A DNA stretch of 63,001 nt, counting the filler, from Salisapilia sapeloensis CBS 127946 (lineage: Eukaryota > Protista > Oomycota): assembly GCA_023334545.1 (NCBI GenBank). It is 12 parts of 12 records of this genome, joined end to end, with 100 filler letters (N's around TTAATTAATTAA, not from the genome) between each part and the next. Parts side by side here need not be neighbours in the genome. Positions count along the whole stretch, not along the records: positions 49,474 to 58,211 come from JAADVB010000478.1; positions 58,312 to 60,253 come from JAADVB010001001.1; positions 60,354 to 63,001 come from JAADVB010000870.1; 9 more parts are not named here. One strand, 5' to 3'. Both the position numbers and the translations under genes were made by a program. Each line of letters opens with the position of its first letter. The first letter of the stretch is position 1. Shown piece by piece: positions 56,406-63,001 of this stretch. The notes under the pieces are model-generated. The model saw only the letters and a list, made by a program, of their open reading frames with translations. It was not told the origin of the DNA and searched no databases.

Positions 56406-59063
56406 TAGCTGGAATGCACGATGAAAGCTAGTTGCTTGTTCATCTTTATCAAAATATAGCTTGAATGCCTTCCGAGTATTGAAAACTGGCAACATTTGTC
56501 AACCGTGGTAGATCAAAAAGAAGAGCATGCCCATCATAGTAGTAAATTGTATATGTCCTTGATGCTATTAAAGATGGGCACCAGTTCACTTTGCATTTTA
56601 CTGCAAGGCGAGTATGAAAGTATATGGTACGCTAGAAGATTCTTTTTACTATGTGGCTGCAGGTCTAGTTCGTAACTGCTTATCTATACTATAGTTCTAG
56701 CTAAGTAAACGAGAATAGCCAGGAATAATGGGCCATGTCTCAACATAGTTCGTCAATAGACGGGAGAGGACCAAGCACTAAGAACGCTAGAAGTGTATGT
56801 GCACATCAGTTTATCATGTGTCTGTATATGAACAGCCGCAAGTAATAGTTTTCACATTCCTTGCTACCTAACGAATATGCAAGATGTGCATCAGCTTCGT
56901 TCACCTTATCCTACAAGCTTTATTATATGCGGTCTAGAGTATATCTTACGTGCGGCCAACTCTTTTCAACTTGAGCACTTGCTTTTTCGATAAACGTATA
57001 AAAGGTATATGAAGGGTATATTTGGACTGGGACCATGAAGCGATTCACAGAGATGGATTCATGGCATTGAAACGAAGCGTGCCAATGGATAAAGCAAAGT
57101 TTCTGAGATCCTAACAATAGCTAGGGGGTTCGACTGGAGATTAGTGAAATCATTGATTACTATCAAACAAGCTAGATACATACCATTGCAAGAGACACAA
57201 GATCGCCCCGGTCATGAACTGAAGCCTATCATCTTGCCTCATAATCCAGTCATTTGTATTCCCGAACCGAGTAGTTCCGGATCTAGTTCCGTGTATATTT
57301 GGGCTTCTTTTCAGGGGAGCTATGAACTCGTAGTGTGTCTGAAGGGACAATGTTACGACACCTTAAAAAATGCGATCTGGTAGCGTAGTATACTTGTCAT
57401 AAATGTTCCTTCAGATCATATCGTACGCTAATATTTTCCACTGTGCGAACACGCTAGGTTTCCTTCGATAGATGCACCAGTGCACTTAAATACTTTAAGC
57501 GACCAGTGGGTGCTAGTCATGTGTCCTCGAGCAGACAATTGTTTTTGTTTTGAAATGAGGCGCATTGATTTCGAATTACTTACGATATTTAAAGTCCATG
57601 CTAGGACATGCTATTCGCATGCCAGCCTACCAGCCCACTAGCCCGGATGTTCGATAATTTTGTCTCCTACGTTTCCGTGTCTCCAGTCAATGGCAACCTT
57701 TGATCGGCGACTAGAAACCACCGAGTAATATATGCGGAGATGATGTCGGGCGGCAGTTTTCATTGGCAGTTGACCAGTGGTAGTGACGATGTATCACGCA
57801 TATAGGGCTTCTTTGAGTAGTCAATTATACTATTTGCATTTATTAAAAACCGTGCGCATGTAAAGTTTTGCATTACCGCATCCAGTACGAGTATTGGTAA
57901 ATCATTTACGGCTAAGAGTCCCTAACGATTTAAGATCGCCGCTTTGATAGACCGTTTCATCGGTTCTCATCTTTTAAAATCAAAGTTAGGCAAAGTAGAT
58001 CGAAATACTTAGCAGCAGGATGCATCAGTAAAATTTTCATGCTAGTTCGACCTCAAGTAGCAACACGAATAGCTCGAAATCACAGACAAAGGTGGACAGT
58101 CGATATGGGGCACTTGACGCTGCTTGTTGGCGCTTTTGACCGTGTACCTGCCTTTGAGGGACCACTTCGCGAAATACAATCGATGGAGGCGATGCACAAG
58201 CGATTGCAAGANNNNNNNNNNNNNNNNNNNNNNNNNNNNNNNNNNNNNNNNNNNNTTAATTAATTAANNNNNNNNNNNNNNNNNNNNNNNNNNNNNNNNN
58301 NNNNNNNNNNNATCAGATTACCGGTAACGCAGCCTTTCCATATCCGACTGAAAGCAGTTCCAAGTTGGGTGTAGCGTCGAGCGACTAGCCACTGCTCGTT
58401 AACGCAAGGCTCACAATTTCTATTTGGTAGCTGCGATCATGAACTCGATAGCTTACAAAAAACGCATTAACTTCTGCCATTGATACTGCCCGAGACTTTA
58501 GTGCTATTTTTCTACTTTTCATCTGCGCCTGCCTTATCACTTTCCCACCATTGTGATAGTCACCTTATGCAATGGGGAATTAATGGATAGGAATATATAT
58601 ATTAAGCAGTCGGATTAAACTACGAGCTACATTATCAGGAGCTCGCCTACAGTTGTACTCGTTCTCATTCCCTCGGAAGTCACAAAGACACTAAGAATCG
58701 ATAAACAAATCTACACAGACTGGTGCGGAGTGCTTTTGTGTGTCTACAATAGCTGTTTCATCTACTGCAATATGTACTCAGAGTTCGCTGCATTTAGCAG
58801 TCACATTTGCTTCTGTCTTGCAACAGTAGCTACAAATTAAGACTGGCATCGAACCATCACAAACCTCCTAATGTTCAACTACATGGCTCTCGTTTCTGTC
58901 CGAGGTACGTTACCATACCCAGCTCAAAGCATGACAAATGGGACAGAGGAAATGTACCCGAAGCACACAGCCAGTTTTCCCGCCGCATCATCTCCACTTT
59001 AAGCATTGGTACTGCGTCTTCTTGTCATTTCTAAACTAGCACGCAGACAATAACTTGAAGATC

Positions 59064-60253
59064 ATGGCGACACAGTGGAATGCAGACGCATATGAAAGCT
59101 TCGACCTCTCGGATGCGAAGAAGGCTGATTGCAAGCATATCGCCATGATACTCGTACACAAAGCACTCAGGCACTATCAAAAGTTCGATCGTTCGGTACC
59201 TCGGGAAATGGATAGTAAGCGCTGGAAACCTATCAAGACATCGAATAATGTGACCATGTACCGCAAGCGACACCCATCTCGGCGCGTGGTGAAAGATTCC
59301 TACACCGATAGTGCGGGATGGCAAATGACTCGAATCATCGTAGGCAATGGGACGATCTCGAGCAGTATGGATGAACTCTTGTTCGGTCTCGTCAGTGGCG
59401 ATGAAGCAGCACTTCTACAAAGCGCAAGTTACGCCGGGCAGCCGGCGACGAATGCTCAGATTCTCTCAACAATCGAGAAGCCGACTCTGGAGCATCCATA
59501 TCGCTGCACTACTCTCCAATGGCATGCTGCGAGTCCAAGTCCAGCACTCCGGGGGTTGTCAAAGACCGCGATGGTGTTTACATCCGCGCGAATGGCATTC
59601 TCCAAGTCAATAAAGACGAGCGCATTGGATTCAATCTCGCGCATTCAGTTGACCTTCCGTCGACCCCACCGCTAGAGGGACGAGGCATTATTCGAAACCG
59701 CGGTTCGTATTGTGTCCTTTTCAAGGCTACCTCGGATCAATCTGTTAAGGTATTTGCCAAATCTTATTATGAAGTATTCGGAAACAACCTCCTCGACACG
59801 ATCGCTGTGGTCACACTGGCCAGTACACTCATGGACACTTGGTCCTCCGCTCATTGTGCCAAAATGAAGAAGCTCTCGTGGCTCCTTCAGAGAAAGAATG
59901 TGAACAAGAATGACGTGATGAGCTTTATTGGCAACGGAGAAGCTCAAAGCAAGTCGAACTGTCGGTCTTGCAACAAGAAGTTTGGACCCTTACGCAAAGT
60001 TTACCCGTGCACCTTGTGTGACTCGTCCGTCTCTAGCAATTGCGTGGTTTCTCTGGAGCTACTCGAGGCCGGTTCCGACTTGAAGCTGATGGCCAAGAAG
60101 GTTCGACTCTGTCTCACTTGCGACCAGTTCACGATCCAAGTCAGCTCGTACAAGGTAGCTCGACAGGAAATTCGAGCGGGGCGATACGAGAAGGAAGGCA
60201 GTGGATGCACCGTGGTCGTACCATCCAGGATTTCGCAGCTGACGGATGAGTCG
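59064..60253 (+). pseudogene. START-like + FYVE-like oomycete protein gene with a 1-nt frameshift (3' cut by spacer)
   Basis: Frame A (VDSKRWKPIK-type start through HPYRCTTLQW) must switch near 59525-59555 to frame B (KDRDGVY...RIGFNLAHSV...CRSCNKKFG...CTLC...CLTC). Could also be an assembly indel. Confidence 0.7.
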
Positions 60254-60491
60254 NNNNNNNNNNNNNNNNNNNNNNNNNNNNNNNNNNNNNNNNNNNNTTA
60301 ATTAATTAANNNNNNNNNNNNNNNNNNNNNNNNNNNNNNNNNNNNNNNNNNNNCGGATCCTGCTTGAAGTAGTATTACGTTTTGATAATCATAGCGACAG
60401 ATGGAAAGGATGTCCAGGCCACTCGAGGTTCGAAGTTCTTGCGAGCAGATCATATTTGCTTTTGATCGCCACCACTTCCATCGAAAGCACA

Positions 60492-61858
60492 ATGTGGTCG
60501 GACAAGAGTGGTGAGTCTGTCGGGCTTATACCTGGCCGCCGCACGTTTGGACCGCTCTTCCTGATGACCATCACGCCTGTCGTTGCCATCTTGATCACGC
60601 ATGTTTTCGTACGACATGAAGGCTCAGTGCGTTCCTTCTTGGATGCAAACGAAGCGCTCGAAGACATATTCCCAGACCCATTCCATCCGGTAGCGTGGAA
60701 AGCTATCGGCGCGTTCATGGTAACGCAGCTTCTTCTTATGCGTTTGGTACCTGGCAAGCCTGTGTATGGACCGATTACTCAAAGCGGCCACATCCCCGAG
60801 TACAAGAGCAATGGCTTTAAAAGCTTCCTTATCACGATGGGACTCTTTCTACTAGGTGCCTACTACTTCGAGTTGTACAACGGTGGTATCGCGTACGACT
60901 ACTTACCTGAAATCATCTCTGGTCTCAACGTCTTCAGCTTCGTGTTGTGTATACTCATCTACATCAAAGGAGCCTTCCTTTGGCCTACATCAGACGACTA
61001 TGGCACGACTGGTAATCCGATTTTCGATTTCTATTGGGGTGTGGAACTCTACCCCCGTCTCTTCGGTTGGGACATCAAGCAATTCACAAACTGTCGTGTT
61101 GGGTGCATGTATTGGGGCCTCGGTGTTCTCAGCTACGCTTGCAAGCAGTATGAGCTGTACGGTAGTATGAGCGACTCTATGCTTGTATCTGCTTCTCTAC
61201 AGCTCATTTTCATTGCCAAGTTCTTCTGGTGGGAGGATGGATACATGCGCAGTATCGATATCATGCACGACCACGCTGGGTATTATCTATGCTGGGGCTG
61301 CCTTGTCTGGGTGCCCAGTGTCTACACTTCTCCAGTCATGTACCTCGTTACGAATCCCATCCACCTCGGAACACCTCTCGCTGTCACCATATTCGTCGCA
61401 AGTACCACTTTGAGTACGTTTCTATTGCTCATTTATATCGATCTACATTGTTCTAACGTTATTCCACTCTAGTATTCATCAACTATGCAGCGGACCATCA
61501 ACGTATGTACTTCCGTGAATGTGAAGGCAAGTGCACCATTTGGGGTAAGCCAGCGGAATACATTGTCGCCACCTACGAGACGGACAAGGGCGAAAAAAAG
61601 GAGAGTTTGTTGCTCGCATGTGGCTGGTGGGGTATCGCACGTCACTTCCACTACGTCCCAGAGATCCTAGCTTCTCTTTGTTGGACACTACCCGCGGGAT
61701 TCGACAGTCCGGCACCGTACTTTTACGTAGCTTATCTGACCGTGCTACTTCTTGACCGAGCCTACCGTGATGATGCTCGTTGCTCGGACAAGTACAAGAA
61801 GGACTGGGCAAAATACTGTGAGCGTGTTCCATCACTTGTGATTCCTGGTGTCCTGTAA
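60492..61858 (+). CDS. DHCR7: 7-dehydrocholesterol reductase (sterol delta-7 reductase, ERG4/ERG24 family), 435 aa
   Basis: Exons 60492-61413 and 61473-61858 (59-nt intron, 1308 nt total). DFYWGVELYPR, WDIKQFTNCR, DIMHDHAGYYLCWG, LLACGWWGIARHFHYVPEI, RDDARCSDKY. Confidence 0.93.
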
Positions 61859-62826
61859 ACTCTCCGTCATGGTACAAGACAAGAAGAAATGAATATACGA
61901 ATGATTCATCTTCTAGCATCATATTGAATATCTTTCAGCTCGAAGTACATCTTGTAATTAATAAGTAGGATACATTTTCTCTCCAATATGGTACATGCTG
62001 ACAAGAAAGAAACACTAGCTCATGCTTAGAATGAATGAACACAGGGGGGCACAAATTGTGTATAAATTGAATTGGTCGGTGGGATCTGACCAAGGAAGTA
62101 TTTGATATTCACAATTCTTTAGCTAATTGAGTCAGCTCCTAGAGAGAACTTTTTCAATAGCTTAAATAAGAGTGCTGAACTCACTCAGGTTATTTGTAAG
62201 CAGTTGAAATTGAAAGAAAACTAATCCGCCATACTTTGAGATGGAATGAAGTTTGCAATCCAAATAGTTACCATTTTCGCTCTTTCGAGCGTCGTGCCGC
62301 AGATTCAGTAACTTAAGCCAACACCCTAGCTAATAAAGTAGATTATAAAATGTCCTTTTGGACTGATAAGGCTCAAGTGGATGCAATAATCTATATGTGA
62401 TCTTTTTGCTCAATTAAACTTAGCTGGCAGACTAGGAATGTGCTCATGTCATCTTCCATTCGATTTTAAATAAAGGCCGGGTTCTTTGTACAACCAAATA
62501 ATAATTGTGCTAGGATCGTTGTTCGTGATTGACATCTATCTTTATGAACACTTCGAAGGTCTTTATAATGTATCCAAGAATTTATTCAGACAAGAAACTG
62601 GTTACCATTGATACTATAGGAAGTGGTTTGAACGGATTTAAAATCGTTGTCTCTCTGTTTGGTCTTGACTGTTTGCGCCTTCGAATGTGTAGGCTCCATT
62701 GCATAAATTTGAGACAAGGGTACTCGACTAGACGACTATCAACATTGTTTGGAGTGCTTTCAACTTGGGCTTCGACCTAACAAATATTGCAATTATAAAT
62801 CTTGATGGTTGGTAACCGCAAGTGTC

Positions 62827-63001
62827 TTATGCCTTTCTTAAATCATACAGCACGAAAACCGCTTTCTGTGTTGCCGGATCAGGTAGTCCGAGGGCTTTCA
62901 CCTTGTTCACCGAGCGCTGGAGACGGTTGATGGCACTCATAACGGCGATCTTTGATAGGTCTTCGACTGCGCCGCTTCGTATCGAAGATGTACCCATTTC
63001 C
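62827..63001 (-). CDS. 3' end of an unknown gene running off the window
   Basis: 58 open codons from the window edge to TAA (…VEDLSKIAVMSAINRLQRSVNKVKALGLPDPATQKAVFVLYDLRKA*). Confidence 0.35.
   Translation of the reverse strand, partial: EMGTSSIRSGAVEDLSKIAVMSAINRLQRSVNKVKALGLPDPATQKAVFVLYDLRKA

Noticed and set aside
58039-58211. Possible transposase fragment at the contig end
   Set aside because: Only a vague resemblance over fewer than 60 aa; not supportable without a search.
62039-62200. CAGGGGGGC as a possible hAT terminal repeat
   Set aside because: No matching inverted end or 8-bp target duplication was found within the window.

Overview
Eukaryotic DNA, almost certainly from an oomycete. 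The supporting families are a TKL receptor-like kinase, START/FYVE proteins, oomycete-type bZIP-like factors, a secreted GH81 glucanase and a Gypsy chromovirus; introns are short (about 50-80 nt, GT-AG). The species cannot be determined. The window is not contiguous genome: it is 12 contigs joined by eleven artificial 100-nt spacers (44 N + TTAATTAATTAA + 44 N), so adjacency across spacers means nothing. Gene-dense contigs carry a multipass membrane protein, a secreted PLC-like phosphodiesterase, two inverted 4CL-like acyl-CoA synthetase paralogs, a doubled bZIP-like factor, DUF726/TMCO4, an ankyrin protein, a BART+WW protein, a MYST acetyltransferase, PIG-O, DBP3, GH81, an R1R2R3-Myb, a TKL pseudokinase and DHCR7. 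Other contigs hold decayed material: a pogo transposase relic, a Gypsy 3' half with its LTR, a MITE, and pseudogenes. The most notable observations are: (1) an LRR receptor-like gene invisible to the ORF track, built one LRR per about 60-nt symmetric exon; (2) a long antisense ORF running through the chromovirus chromodomain; (3) a 281-bp conversion-like tract between the inverted 4CL-like paralogs; (4) a dynein-stalk-like frame with two premature stops; (5) a BART-WW fusion; (6) a contig bounded by a perfect 141-bp inverted repeat. All family calls come from motif recognition by eye; no database search was run.
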